From assembly GCA_053919585.1 (NCBI GenBank), contig CM132805.1: DNA of 64,000 nt, one strand, 5' to 3'. The position numbers and the translations under genes were made by a program. Under the pieces are notes generated by a model. It saw only the letters and a program-made list of their open reading frames with translations. It had not been told where the DNA came from and searched no databases. The stretch comes from Euprymna scolopes. Taxonomy: Eukaryota. Every line of letters starts with the position of its first letter. Positions within the stretch are counted from its first letter, which is position 1. This document shows positions 26,901 to 41,900 of this stretch, in pieces.

Positions 26901-29900
26901 GTTCAATCTGGTTTAAACCGGTTCAATCCGGATTGAACCGGTTTGGACCGGTTTGGACCGGTTCTATCCGGTTTCAACCAGTCTAATCCGGTCTGAACCG
27001 GTCTGAACCGGTCCGAACCGGTCCTAGCCTGATTTAACTGAGGTAGCAGTAAGCATTATATCATATTTCATCTTGTCACTGGCATGATTATTACATACAT
27101 CGTGTGTTTCATATGCGACAATGTAGGCTTAGGTGTGCGAAAGCTCCAATTAAGGGTGTCAGCCATTTTCCTAGCATATAAAAACATGGAGGCATCATCT
27201 AGTGCGTTTACTTAACTATGTATAGTAGCGGCCGGTGGGACCCATTTCTTTACAGTTTCAAATTAGGTGAGACAGAATTCACTGGTCCGAAATAGTTTGA
27301 TCAGTTTTTGCTGATGGGTTGAAATGAGTTGAAATGGCCTGAACCGGTTTGAACAGGTTTGAACCGGTTTGAACCGGTTCGATCCGGTTGGAACCGGTTG
27401 GAACCGGTTGGAACCGGTTCGATCCGGTTGAAACCGGTTGGAACCGGTTCAATCTGGTTTAAACCGGTTCAATCCGGATTGAACCGGTTTGGACCGGTTT
27501 GGACCGGTTCTATCCGGTTTCAACCAGTCTAATCCGGTCTGAACCGGTCTGAACCGGTCCGAACCGGTCCTAGCCTGATTTAACTGAGGTAGGAGTAAGC
27601 ATTATATCATATTTCATCTTGTCACTGGCATGATTATTACATACATCGTGTGTTTCATATGCGACAATGTAGGCTTAGGTGTGCGAAAGCTCCAATTAAG
27701 GGTGTCAGCCATTTTCCTAGCATATAAAAACATGGAGGCATCATCTAGTGCGTTTACTTAACTATGTATAGTAGCGGCCGGTGGGACCCATTTCTTTACA
27801 GTTTCAAAGTAGGTGAGACAGAATTCACTGGTCCGAAATAGTTTGATCAGTTTTTGCTGATGGGTTGAAATGAGTTGAAATGGCCTGAACCGGTTTGAAC
27901 AGGTTTGAACCGGTTTGAACCGGTTCGATCCGGTTGGAACCGGTTGGAACCGGTTGGAACCGGTTCGATCCGGTTGAAACCGGTTGGAACCGGTTCAATC
28001 TGGTTTAAACCGGTTCAATCCGGATTGAACCGGTTTGGACCGGTTTGGACCGGTTCTATCCGGTTTCAACCAGTCTAATCCGGTCTGAACCGGTCTGAAC
28101 CGGTCCGAACCGGTCCTAGCCTGATTTAACTGAGGTAGGAGTAAGCATTATATCATATTTCATCTTGTCACTGGCATGATTATTACATACATCGTGTGTT
28201 TCATATGCGACAATTTAGGCTTAGGTGTACGAAAGCTCCAATTAAGGGTGTCAGCCATTTTCCTAGCATATAAAAACATGGAGGCATCATCTAGTGCGTT
28301 TACTTAACTATGTATAGTAGCGGCCGGTGGGACCCATTTCTTTACAGTTTCAAAGTAGGTGAGACAGAATTCACTGGTCCGAAATAGTTTGATCAGTTTT
28401 TGCTGATGGGTTGAAATGAGTTGAAATGGCCTGAACCGGTTTGAACAGGTTTGAACCGGTTTGAACCGGTTCGATCCGGTTGGAACCGGTTGGAACCGGT
28501 TGGAACCGGTTCGATCCGGTTGAAACCGGTTGGAACCGGTTCAATCTGGTTTAAACCGGTTCAATCCGGATTGAACCGGTTTGGACCGGTTTGGACCGGT
28601 TCTATCCGGTTTCAACCAGTCTAATCCGGTCTGAACCGGTCTGAACCGGTCCGAACCGGTCCTAGCCTGATTTAACTGAGGTAGGAGTAAGCATTATATC
28701 ATATTTCATCTTGTCACTGGCATGATTATTACATACATCGTGTGTTTCATATGCGACAATGTAGGCTTAGGTGTGCGCAAGCTCCAATTAAGGGTGTCAG
28801 CCATTTTCCTAGCATATAAAAACATGGAGGCATCATCTAGTGCGTTTACTTAACTATGTATAGTAGCGGCCGGTGGGACTAATTTTTTTACAGTTTCAAA
28901 GTAGGTGAGACAGAATTCACTGGTCCGAAATAGTTTGATCAGTTTTTGCTGATGGGTTGAAATGAGTTGAAATGGCCTGAACCGGTTTGAACAGGTTTGA
29001 ACCGGTTTGAACCGGTTCGATCCGGTTGGAACCGGTTGGAACCGGTTGGAACCGGTTCGATCCGGTTGAAACCGGTTGGAACCGGTTCAATCTGGTTTAA
29101 ACCGGTTCAATCCGGATTGAACCGGTTTGGACCGGTTTGGACCGGTTCTATCCGGTTTCAACCAGTCTAATCCGGTCTGAACCGGTCTGAACCGGTCCGA
29201 ACCGGTCCTAGCCTGATTTAACTGAGGTAGGAGTAAGCATTATATCATATTTCATCTTGTCACTGGCATGATTATTACATACATCGTGTGTTTCATATGC
29301 GACAATGTAGGCTTAGGTGTGCGAAAGCTCCAATTAAGGGTGTCAGCCATTTTCCTAGCATATAAAAACATGGAGGCATCATCTAGTGCGTTTACTTAAC
29401 TATGTATAGTAGCGGCCGGTGGGACCCATTTCTTTACAGTTTCAAATTAGGTGAGACAGAATTCACTGGTCCGAAATAGTTTGATCAGTTTTTGCTGATG
29501 GGTTGAAATGAGTTGAAATGGCCTGAACCGGTTTGAACAGGTTTGAACCGGTTTGAACCGGTTCGATCCGGTTGGAACCGGTTGGAACCGGTTCGATCCG
29601 GTTGAAACCGGTTGGAACCGGTTCAATCTGGTTTAAACCGGTTCAATCCGGATTGAACCGGTTTGGACCGGTTTGGACCGGTTCTATCCGGTTTCAACCA
29701 GTCTAATCCGGTCTGAACCGGTCTGAACCGGTCCGAACCGGTCCTAGCCTGATTTAACTGAGGTAGGAGTAAGCATTATATCATATTTCATCTTGTCACT
29801 GGCATGATTATTACATACATCGTGTGTTTCATATGCGACAATGTAGGCTTAGGTGTACGAAAGCTCCAATTAAGGGTGTCAGCCATTTTCCTAGCATATA

Positions 29901-32900
29901 AAAACATGGAGGCATCATCTAGTGCGTTTACTTAACTATGTATAGTAGCGGCCGGTGGGACCCATTTCTTTACAGTTTCAAAGTAGGTGAGACAGAATTC
30001 ACTGGTCCGAAATAGTTTGATCAGTTTTTGCTGATGGGTTGAAATGAGTTGAAATGGCCTGAACCGGTTTGAACAGGTTTGAACCGGTTTGAACCGGTTC
30101 GATCCGGTTGGAACCGGTTGGAACCGGTTGGAACCGGTTCGATCCGGTTGAAACCGGTTGGAACCGGTTCAATCTGGTTTAAACCGGTTCAATCCGGATT
30201 GAACCGGTTTGGACCGGTTTGGACCGGTTCTATCCGGTTTCAACCAGTCTAATCCGGTCTGAACCGGTCTGAACCGGTCCGAACCGGTCCTAGCCTGATT
30301 TAACTGAGGTAGGAGTAAGCATTATATCATATTTCATCTTGTCACTGGCATGATTATTACATACATCGTGTGTTTCATATGCGACAATGTAGGCTTAGGT
30401 GTGCGAAAGCTCCAATTAAGGGTGTCAGCCATTTTCCTAGCATATAAAAACATGGAGGCATCATCTAGTGCGTTTACTTAACTATGTATAGTAGCGGCCG
30501 GTGGGACCCATTTCTTTACAGTTTCAAAGTAGGTGAGACAGAATTCACTGGTCCGAAATAGTTTGATCAGTTTTTGCTGATGGGTTGAAATGAGTTGAAA
30601 TGGCCTGAACCGGTTTGAACAGGTTTGAACCGGTTTGAACCGGTTCGATCCGGTTGGAACCGGTTGGAACCGGTTGGAACCGGTTCGATCCGGTTGAAAC
30701 CGGTTGGAACCGGTTCAATCTGGTTTAAACCGGTTCAATCCGGATTGAACCGGTTTGGACCGGTTTGGACCGGTTCTATCCGGTTTCAACCAGTCTAATC
30801 CGGTCTGAACCGGTCTGAACCGGTCCGAACCGGTCCTAGCCTGATTTAACTGAGGTAGGAGTAAGCATTATATCATATTTCATCTTGTCACTGGCATGAT
30901 TATTACATACATCGTGTGTTTCATATGCGACAATGTAGGCTTAGGTGTGCGAAAGCTCCAATTAAGGGTGTCAGCCATTTTTCTAGCATATAAAAACATG
31001 GAGGCATCATCTAGTGCGTTTACTTAACTATGTATAGTAGCGGCCGGTGGGACCCATTTCTTTACAGTTTCAAAGTAGGTGAGACAGAATTCACTGGTCC
31101 GAAATAGTTTGATCAGTTTTTGCTGATGGGTTGAAATGAGTTGAAATGGCCTGAACCGGTTTGAACAGGTTTGAACCGGTTTGAACCGGTTCGATCCGGT
31201 TGGAACCGGTTGGAACCGGTTGGAACCGGTTCGATCCGGTTGAAACCGGTTGGAACCGGTTCAATCTGGTTTAAACCGGTTCAATCCGGATTGAACCGGT
31301 TTGGACCGGTTTGGACCGGTTCCATCCGGTTTCAACCAGTCTAATCCGGTCTGAACCGGTCTGAACCGGTCCGAACCGGTCCTAGCCTGATTTAACTGAG
31401 GTAGGAGTAAGCATTATATCATATTTCATCTTGTCACTGGCATGATTATTACATACATCGTGTGTTTCATATGCGACAATGTAGGCTTAGGTGTGCGAAA
31501 GCTCCAATTAAGGGTGTCAGCCATTTTCCTAGCATATAAAAACATGGAGGCATCATCTAGTGCGTTTACTTAACTATGTATAGTAGCGGCCGGTGGGACC
31601 CATTTCTTTACAGTTTCAAATTAGGTGAGACAGAATTCACTGGTCCGAAATAGTTTGATCAGTTTTTGCTGATGGGTTGAAATGAGTTGAAATGGCCTGA
31701 ACCGGTTTGAACAGGTTTGAACCGGTTTGAACCGGTTCGATCCGGTTGGAACCGGTTGGAACCGGTTGGAACCGGTTCGATCCGGTTGAAACCGGTTGGA
31801 ACCGGTTCAATCTGGTTTAAACCGGTTCAATCCGGATTGAACCGGTTTGGACCGGTTTGGACCGGTTTGGACCGGTTCTATCCGGTTTCAACCAGTCTAA
31901 TCCGGTCTGAACCGGTCTGAACCGGTCCGAACCGGTCCTAGCCTGATTTAACTGAGGTATTATATCATATTTCATCTTGTCACTGGCATGATTATTACAT
32001 ACATCGTGTGTTTCATATGCGACAATGTAGGCTTAGGTGTGCGAAAGCTCCAATTAAGGGTGTCAGCCATTTTCCTAGCATATAAAAACATGGAGGCATC
32101 ATCTAGTGCGTTTACTAAACTATGTATAGTAGCGGCCGGTGGGACCCATTTCTTTACAGTTTCAAAGTAGGTGAGACAGAATTCACTGGTCCAAAATAGT
32201 TTGATCAGTTTTTGCTGATGAGTTGAAATGGCCTGAACCGGTTTGAACAGGGTTGAACCGGTTTGAACCGGTTCGATCCGGTTGGAACCGGTTGGAACCG
32301 GTTGGAACCGGTTCGATCCGGTTGAAACCGGTTGGAACCGGTTCAATCTGGTTTAAACCGGTTCAATCCGGATTGAACCGGTTTGGACCGGTTTGGACCG
32401 GTTCTATCCGGTTTCAACCAGTCTAATCCGGTCTGAACCGGTCTGAACCGGTCCGAACCGGTCCTAGCCTGATTTAACTGAGGTAGGAGTAAGCATTATA
32501 TCATATTTCATCTTGTCACTGGCATGATTATTACATACATCGTGTGTTTCATATGCGACAATGTAGGCTTAGGTGTGCGAAAGCTCCAATTAAGGGTGTC
32601 AGCCATTTTCCTAGCATATAAAAACATGGAGGCATCATCTAGTGCGTTTACTTAACTATGTATAGTAGCGGCCGGTGGGACCCATTTCTTTACAGTTTCA
32701 AAGTAGGTGAGACAGAATTCACTGGTCCGAAATAGTTTGATCAGTTTTTGCTGATGGGTTGAAATGAGTTGAAATGGCCTGAACCGGTTTGAACAGGTTT
32801 GAACCGGTTTGAACCGGTTCGATCCGGTTGGAACCGGTTGGAACCGGTTGGAACCGGTTCGATCCGGTTGAAACCGGTTGGAACCGGTTCAATCTGGTTT

Positions 32901-35900
32901 AAACCGGTTCAATCCGGATTGAACCGGTTTGGACCGGTTTGGACCGGTTCTATCCGGTTTCAACCAGTCTAATCCGGTCTGAACCGGTCTGAACCGGTCC
33001 GAACCGGTCCTAGCCTGATTTAACTGAGGTAGGAGTAAGCATTATATCATATTTCATCTTGTCACTGGCATGATTATTACATACATCGTGTGTTTCATAT
33101 GCGACAATGTAGGCTTAGGTGTGCGAAAGCTCCAATTAAGGGTGTCAGCCATTTTCCTAGCATATAAAAACATGGAGGCATCATCTAGTGCGTTTACTTA
33201 ACTATGTATAGTAGCGGCCGGTGGGACCCATTTCTTTACAGTTTCAAAGTAGGTGAGACAGAATTCACTGGTCCGAAATAGTTTGATCAGTTTTTGCTGA
33301 TGGGTTGAAATGAGTTGAAATGGCCTGAACCGGTTTGAACAGGTTTGAACCGGTTTGAACCGGTTCGATCCGGTTGGAACCGGTTGGAACCGGTTGGAAC
33401 CGGTTCGATCCGGTTGAAACCGGTTGGAACCGGTTCAATCTGGTTTAAACCGGTTCAATCCGGATTGAACCGGTTTGGACCGGTTTGGACCGGTTCTATC
33501 CGGTTTCAACCAGTAATCCGGTCTGAACCGGTCTGAACCGGTCCGAACCGGTCCTAGCCTGATTTAACTGAGGTAGGAGTAAGCATTATATCATATTTCA
33601 TCTTGTCACTGGCATGATTATTACATACATCGTGTGTTTCATATGCGACAATGTAGGCTTAGGTGTGCGAAAGCTCCAATTAAGGATGTCAGCCATTTTC
33701 CTAGCATATAAAAACATGGAGGCATCATCTAGTGCGTTTACTTAACTATGTATAGTAGCGGCCGGTGGGACCCATTTCTTTACAGTTTCAAAGTAGGTGA
33801 GACAGAATTCACTGGTCCGAAATAGTTTGATCAGTTTTTGCTGATGGGTTGAAATGAGTTGAAATGGCCTGAACCGGTTTGAACAGGTTTGAACCGGTTT
33901 GAACCGGTTCGATCCGGTTGGAACCGGTTGGAACCGGTTGGAACCGGTTCGATCCGGTTGAAACCGGTTCAATCTGGTTTAAACCGGTTCAATCCGGATT
34001 GAACCGGTTTGGACCGGTTTGGACCGGTTCTATCCGGTTTCAACCAGTCTAATCCGGTCTGAACCGGTCTGAACCGGTCCGAACCGGTCCTAGCCTGATT
34101 TAACTGAGGTAGGAGTAAGCATTATATCATATTTCATCTTGTCACTGGCATGATTATTACATACATCGTGTGTTTCATATGCGACAATGTAGGCTTAGGT
34201 GTGCGAAAGCTCCAATTAAGGGTGTCAGCCATTTTCCTAACATGGAGGCATCATCTAGTGCGTTTACTTAACTATGTATAGTAGCGGCCGGTGGGACCCA
34301 TTTCTTTACAGTTTACAAGTAGGTGAGACAGAATTCACTGGTCCGAAATAGTTTGATCAGTTTTTGCTGATGGGTTGAAATGAGTTGAAATGGCCTGAAC
34401 CGGTTTGAACAGGTTTGAACCGGTTTGAACCGGTTCGATCCGGTTGGAACCGGTTGGAACCGGTTGGAACCGGTTCGATCCGGTTGAAACCGGTTGGAAC
34501 CGGTTCAATCTGGTTTAAACCGGTTCAATCCGGATTGAACCGGTTTGGACCGGTTTGGACCGGTTCTATCCGGTTTCAACCAGTCTAATCCGGTCTGAAC
34601 TGGTCTGAACCGGTCCGAACCGGTCCTAGCCTGATTTAACTGAGGTAGGAGTTAGCATTATATCATATTTCATCTTGTCACTGGCATGATTATTACATAC
34701 ATCGTGTGTTTCATATGCGACAATGTAGGCTTAGGTGTGCGAAAGCTCCAATTAAGGGTGTCAGCCATTTTCCTAGCATATAAAAACATGGAGGCATCAT
34801 CTAGTGCGTTTACTTAACTATGTATAGTAGCGGCCGGTGGGACCCATTTCTTTAAAGTTTCAAAGTAGGTGAGACAGAATTCACTGGTCCGAAATAGTTT
34901 GATCAGTTTTTGCTGATGGGTTGAAATGAGTTGAAATGGCCTGAACCGGTTTGAACAGGTTTGAACCGGTTTGAACCGGTTCGATCCGGTTGGAACCGGT
35001 TGGAACCGGTTGGAACCGGTTCGATCCGGTTGAAACCGGTTGGAACCGGTTCAATCTGGTTTAAACCGGTTCAATCCGGATTGAACCGGTTTGGACCGGT
35101 TTGGACCGGTTCTATCCGGTTTCAACCAGTCTAATCCGGTCTGAACCGGTCTGAACCGGTCCGAACCGGTCCTAGCCTGATTTAACTGAGGTAGGAGTTA
35201 GCATTATATCATATTTCATCTTGTCACTGGCATGATTATTACATACATCGTGTGTTTCATATGCGACAATGTAGGCTTAGGTGTGCGAAAGCTCCAATTA
35301 AGGGTGTCAGCCATTTTCCTAGCATATAAAAACATGGAGGCATCATCTAGTGCGTTTACTTAACTATGTATAGTAGCGGCCGGTGGGACCCATTTCTTTA
35401 CAGTTTCAAAGTAGGTGAGACAGAATTCACTGGTCCGAAATAGTTTGATCAGTTTTTGCTGATGGGTTGAAATGAGTTGAAATGGCCTGAACCGGTTTGA
35501 GCAGGTTTGAACCGGTTTGAACCGGTTCGATCCGGTTGGAACCGGTTGGAACCGGTTCGATCCGGTTGAAACCGGTTGGAACCGGTTCAATCTGGTTTAA
35601 ACCGGTTCAATCCGGATTGAACCGGTTTGGACCGGTTTGGACCGGTTCTATCCGGTTTCAACCAGTCTAATCCGGTCTGAACCGGTCTGAACCGGTCCGA
35701 ACCGGTCCTAGCCTGATTTAACTGAGGTAGGAGTAAGCATTATATCATATTTCATCTTGTCACTGGCATGATTACATCGTGTGTTTCATATGCGACAATG
35801 TAGGCTTAGGTGTGCGAAAGCTCCAATTAAGGGTGTCAGCCATTTTCCTAGCATATAAAAACATGGAGGCATCATCTAGTGCGTTTACTTAACTATGTAT

Positions 35901-38900
35901 AGTAGCGGCCGGTGGGACCCATTTCTTTACAGTTTCAAAGTAGGTGAGACAGAATTCACTGGTCCGAAATAGTTTGATCAGTTTTTGCTGATGGGTTGAA
36001 ATGAGTTGAAATGGCCTGAACCGGTTTGAACAGGTTTGAACCGGTTTGAACCGGTTTGAACCGGTTCGATCCGGTTGAAACCGGTTGGAACCGGTTCAAT
36101 CTGGTTTAAACCGGTTCAATCCGGATTGAACCGGTTTGGACCGGTTTGGACCGGTTCTATCCGGTTTCAACCAGTCTAATCCGGTCTGAACCGGTCTGAA
36201 CCGGTCCGAACCGGTCCTAGCCTGATTTAACTGAGGTAGGAGTAAGCATTATATCATATTTCATCTTGTCACTGGCATGATTATTACATACATCGTGTGT
36301 TTCATATGCGACAATGTAGGCTTAGGTGTGCGAAAGCTCCAATTAAGGGTGTCAGCCATTTTCCTAACATGGAGGCATCATCTAGTGCGTTTACTTAACT
36401 ATGTATAGTAGCGGCCGGTGGGACCCATTTCTTTACAGTTTCAAAGTAGGTGAGACAGAATTCACTGGTCCGAAATAGTTTGATCAGTTTTTGCTGATGG
36501 GTTGAAATGAGTTGAAATGGCCTGAACCGGTTTGAACAGGTTTGAACCGGTTTGAACCGGTTCGATCCGGTTGGAACCGGTTGGAACCGGTTGGAACCGG
36601 TTCGATCCGGTTGGAACCGGTTGGAACCGGTTCAATCTGGTTTAAACCGGTTCAATCCGGATTGAACCGGTTTGGACCGGTTTGGACCGGTTCTATCCGG
36701 TTTCACCCAGTCTAATCCGGTCTGAACCGGTCCGAACCGGTCCTAGCCTGATTTAACTGAGGTAGGAGTAAGCATTATATCATATTTCATCTTGTCACTG
36801 GCATGATTATTACATACATCGTGTGTTTCATATGCGACAATGTAGGCTTAGGTGTGCGAAAGCTCCAATTAAGGGTGTCAGCCATTTTCCTAGCATATAA
36901 AAACATGGAGGCATCATCTAGTGCGTTTACTTAACTATGTATAGTAGCGGCCGGTGGGACCCATTTCTTTACAGTTTCAAAGTAGGTGAGACAGAATTCA
37001 CTGGTCCGAAATAGTTTGATCAGTTTTTGCTGATGGGTTGAAATGAGTTGAAATGGCCTGAACCGGTTTGAACAGGTTTGAACCGGTTTGAACCGGTTCG
37101 ATCCGGTTGGAACCGGTTGGAACCGGTTGGAACCGGTTCGATCCGGTTGAAACCGGTTGGAACCGGTTCAATCTGGTTTAAACCGGTTCAATCCGGATTG
37201 AACCGGTTTGGACCGGTTTGGACCGGTTCTATCCGGTTTCAACCAGTCTAATCCGGTCTGAACCGGTCTGAACCGGTCCGAACCGGTCTTAGCCTGATTT
37301 AACTGAGGTAGGAGTAAGCATTATATCATATTTCATCTTGTCACTGGCATGATTATTACATACATCGTGTGTTTCATATGCGACAATGTAGGCTTAGGTG
37401 TACGAAAGCTCCAATTAAGGGTGTCAGCCATTTTCCTAGCATATAAAAACATGGAGGCATCATCTAGTGCGTTTACTTAACTATGTATAGTAGCGGCCGG
37501 TGGGACCCATTTCTTTACAGTTTCAAAGTAGGTGAGACAGAATTCACTGGTCCGAAATAGTTTGATCAGTTTTTGCTGATGGGTTGAAATGAGTTGAAAT
37601 GGCCTGAACCGGTTTGAACAGGTTTGAACCGGTTTGAACCGGTTCGATCCGGTTGGAACCGGTTGGAACCGGTTTGAACCGGTTCGATCCGGTTGAAACG
37701 GGTTGGAACCGGTTTGAACCGGTTCGATCCGGTTCAATCCGGTTTGAACCGGTTTGGACCGGTTTGGACCGGTTCTATCCGGTTTCAACCAGTCTAATCC
37801 GGTCTGAACCGGTCTGAACCGGTCCGAACCGGTCCTAGCCTGATTTAACTGAGGTAGGAGTAAGCATTATATCATATTTCATCTTGTCACTGGCATGATT
37901 ATTACATACATCGTGTGTTTCATATGCGACAATGTAGGCTTAGGTGTGCGAAAGCTCCAATTAAGGGTGTCAGCCATTTTCCTAGCATATAAAAACATGG
38001 AGGCATCATCTAGTGCGTTTACTTAACTATGTATAGTAGCGGCCGGTGGGACCCATTTCTTTACAGTTTCAAAGTAGGTGAGACAGAATTCACTGGTCCG
38101 AAATAGTTTGATCAGTTTTTGCTGATGGGTTGAAATGAGTTGAAATGGCCTGAACCGGTTTGAACAGGTTTGAACCGGTTTGAACCGGTTCGATCCGGTT
38201 GGAACCGGTTGGAACCGGTTGGAACCGGTTCGATCCGGTTGAAACCGGTTGGAACCGGTTCAATCTGGTTTAAACCGGTTCAATCCGGATTGAACCGGTT
38301 TGGACCGGTTTGGACCGGTTCTATCCGGTTTCAACCAGTCTAATCCGGTCTGAACCGGTCCTAGCCTGATTTAACTGAGGTAGGAGTAAGCATTATATCA
38401 TATTTCATCTTGTCACTGGCATGATTATTACATACATCGTGTGTTTCATATGCGACAATGTAGGCTTAGGTGTGCGAAAGCTCCAATTAAGGGTGTCAGC
38501 CATTTTCCTAGCATATAAAAACATGGAGGCATCATCTAGTGCGTTTACTTAACTATGTATAGTAGCGGCCGGTGGGACCCATTTCTTTACAGTTTCAAAG
38601 TAGGTGAGACAGAATTCACTGGTCCGAAATAGTTTGATCAGTTTTTGCTGATGGGTTGAAATGAGTTGAAATGGCCTGAACCGGTTTGAACAGGTTTGAA
38701 CCGGTTTGAACCGGTTCGATCCGGTTGGAACCGGTTGGAACCGGTTGGAACCGGTTCGATCCGGTTGAAACCGGTTGGAACCGGTTCAATCTGGTTTAAA
38801 CCGGTTCAATCCGGATTGAACCGGTTTGGACCGGTTTGGACCGGTTCTATCCGGTTTCAACCAGTCTAATCCGGTCTGAACCGGTCTGAACCGGTCCGAA

Positions 38901-41900
38901 CCGGTCCTAGCCTGATTTAACTGAGGTAGGAGTAAGCATTATATCATATTTCATCTTGTCACTGGCATGATTATTACATACATCGTGTGTTTCATATGCG
39001 ACAATGTAGGCTTAGGTGTGTGAAAGCTCCAATTAAGGGTGTCAGCCATTTTCCTAGCATATAAAAACATGGAGGCATCATCTAGTGCGTTTACTTAACT
39101 ACATAGTAGCGGCCGGTGGGACCCATTTCTTTACAGTTTCAAAGTAGGTGAGACAGAATTCACTGGTCCGAAATAGTTTGATCAGTTTTTGCTGATGGGT
39201 TGAAATGAGTTGAAATGGCCTGAACCGGTTTGAACAGGTTTGAACCGGTTTGAACCGGTTCGATCCGGTTGGAACCGGTTGGAACCGGTTCGATCCGGTT
39301 GAAACCGGTTGGAACCGGTTCAATCTGGTTTAAACCGGTTCAATCCGGATTGAACCGGTTTGGACCGGTTCTATCCGGTTTCAACCAGTCTAATCCGGTC
39401 TGAACCGGTCTGAACCGGTCCTAGCCTGATTTAACTGAGGTAGGAGTAAGCATTATATCATATTTCATCTTGTCACTGGCATGATTATTACATACATCGT
39501 GTGTTTCATATGCGACAATGTAGGCTTAGGTGTGCGAAAGCTCCAATTAAGGGTGTCAGCCATTTTCCTAGCATATAAAAACATGGAGGCATCATCTAGT
39601 GCGTTTACTTAACTACATAGTAGCGGCCGGTGGGACCCATTTCTTTACAGTTTCAAAGTAGGTGAGGCAGAATTCACTGGTCCGAAATAGTTTGATCAGT
39701 TTTTGCTGATGGGTTGAAATGAGTTGAAATGGCCTGAACCGGTTTGAACAGGTTTGAACCGGTTTGAACCGGTTCGATCCGGTTGGAACCGGTTGGAACC
39801 GGTTGGAACCGGTTCGATCCGGTTGAAACCGGTTCAATCCGGATTGAACCGGTTTGGACCGGTTTGGACCGGTTCTATCCGGTTCTATCCGGTTTCAACC
39901 AGTCTAATCCGGTCTGAACCGGTCTGAACCGGTCCGAACCGGTCCTAGCCTTATTTAACTGAGGTAGGAGTAAGCATTATATCATATTTCATCTTGTCAC
40001 TGGCATGATTATTACATACATCGTGTGTTTAATATGCGACAATGTAGGCTTAGGTAGGTGTGCGAAAGCTCCAATTAAGGGTGTCAGCCATTTTCCTAGC
40101 ATATAAAAACATGGAGGCATCATCTAGTGCGTTTACTTAACTACATAGTAGCGGCCGGTGGGACCCATTTCTTTACAGTTTCAAAGTAGGTGAGACAGAA
40201 TTCACTGGTCCGAAATAGTTTGATCAGTTTTTGCTGATGGGTTGAAATGAGTTGAAATGGCCTGAACCGGTTTGAACCGGTTTGAACCGGTTCGATCCGG
40301 TTGGAACCGGTTGGAACCGGTTCAATCTGGTTTAAACTGGTTCAATCCGGATTGAACCGGTTTGGACCGGTTTGGACCGGTTCTATCCGGTTTCAACCAG
40401 TCTAATCCGGTCTGAACCGGTCTGAACCGGTCCGAACCGGTCCTAGCCTGATTTAACTGAGGTAGGAGTAAGCATTATATCATATTTCATCTTGTCACTG
40501 GCATGATTATTACATACATCGTGTGTTTCATATGCGACAATGTAGGCTTAGGTGTGCGAAAGCTCCAATTAAGGGTGTCAGCCATTTTCCTAGCATATAA
40601 AAACATGGAGGCATCATCTAGTGCGTTTACTTAACTACATAGTAGCGGCCGGTGGGACCCATTTCTTTACAGTTTCAAAGTAGGTGAGACAGAATTCACT
40701 GGTCCGAAATAGTTTGATCAGTTTTTGCTGATGGGTTGAAATGAGTTGAAATGGCCTGAACCGGTTTGAACAGGTTTGAACCGGTTTGAACCGGTTCGAT
40801 CCGGTTGGAACCGGTTTGAACCGGTTCGATCCGGTTGAAACCGGTTGGAACCGGTTCAATCTGGTTTAAACCGGTTCAATCCGGATTGAACCGGTTTGGA
40901 CCGGTTCTATCCGGTTTCAACCAGTCTAATCCGGTCTGAACCGGTCTGAACCGGTCCGAACCGGTCCTAGCCTGATTTAACTGAGGTAGGAGTAAGCATT
41001 ATATCATATTTCATCTTGTCACTGGCATGATTATTACATACATCGTGTGTTTCATATGCGACAATGTAGGCTTAGGTGTGCGAAAGCTCCAATTAAGGGT
41101 GTCAGCCATTTTCCTAGCATATAAAAACATGGAGGCATCATCTAGTGCGTTTACTTAACTACATAGTAGCGGCCGGTGGGACCCATTTCTTTACAGTTTC
41201 AAAGTAGGTGAGACAGAATTCACTGGTCCGAAATAGTTTGATCAGTTTTTGCTGATGGGTTGAAATGAGTTGAAATGGCCTGAACCGGTTTGAACAGGTT
41301 TGAACCGGTTTGAACCGGTTCGATCCGGTTGAAACCGGTTGGAACCGGGTCGATCCGGTTGAAACCGGTTGGAACCGGTTCAATCTGGTTTAAACCGGTT
41401 CAATCCGGATTGAACCGGTTTGGACCGGTTTGGACCGGTTCTATCCGGTTTCAACCAGTCTAATCCGGTCTGAACCGGTCTGAACCGGTCCGAACCGGTC
41501 CTAGCCTGATTTACCTGAGGTAGGAGTAAGCATTATATCATATTTCATCTTGTCAATTGCATGATTATTACATACATCGTGTGTTTCATATGCGACAATG
41601 TAGGCTTAGGTGTGTGAAAGCTCCAATTAAGGGTGTCAGCCATTTTCCTAGCATATAAAAACATGGAGGCATCATCTAGTGCGTTTACTTAACTACATAG
41701 TAGCGGCCGGTGGGACCCATTTCTTTACAGTTTCAAAGTAGGTGAGACAGAATTCACTGGTCCGAAATAGTTTGATCAGTTTTTGCTGATGGGTTGAAAT
41801 GAGTTGAAATGGCCTGAACCGGTTTGAACAGGTTTGAACCGGTTTGAACCGGTTCGATCCGGTTGGAACCGGTTGGAACCGGTTTGATCCGGTTTAAACC

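Noticed and set aside
3545-41383. The many short ORFs (NRFQPVPTGS...) in the array as genes
   Set aside because: They are translations of the decamer repeat, mostly from TTG starts, and they appear only when 10-bp indels shift the frame.
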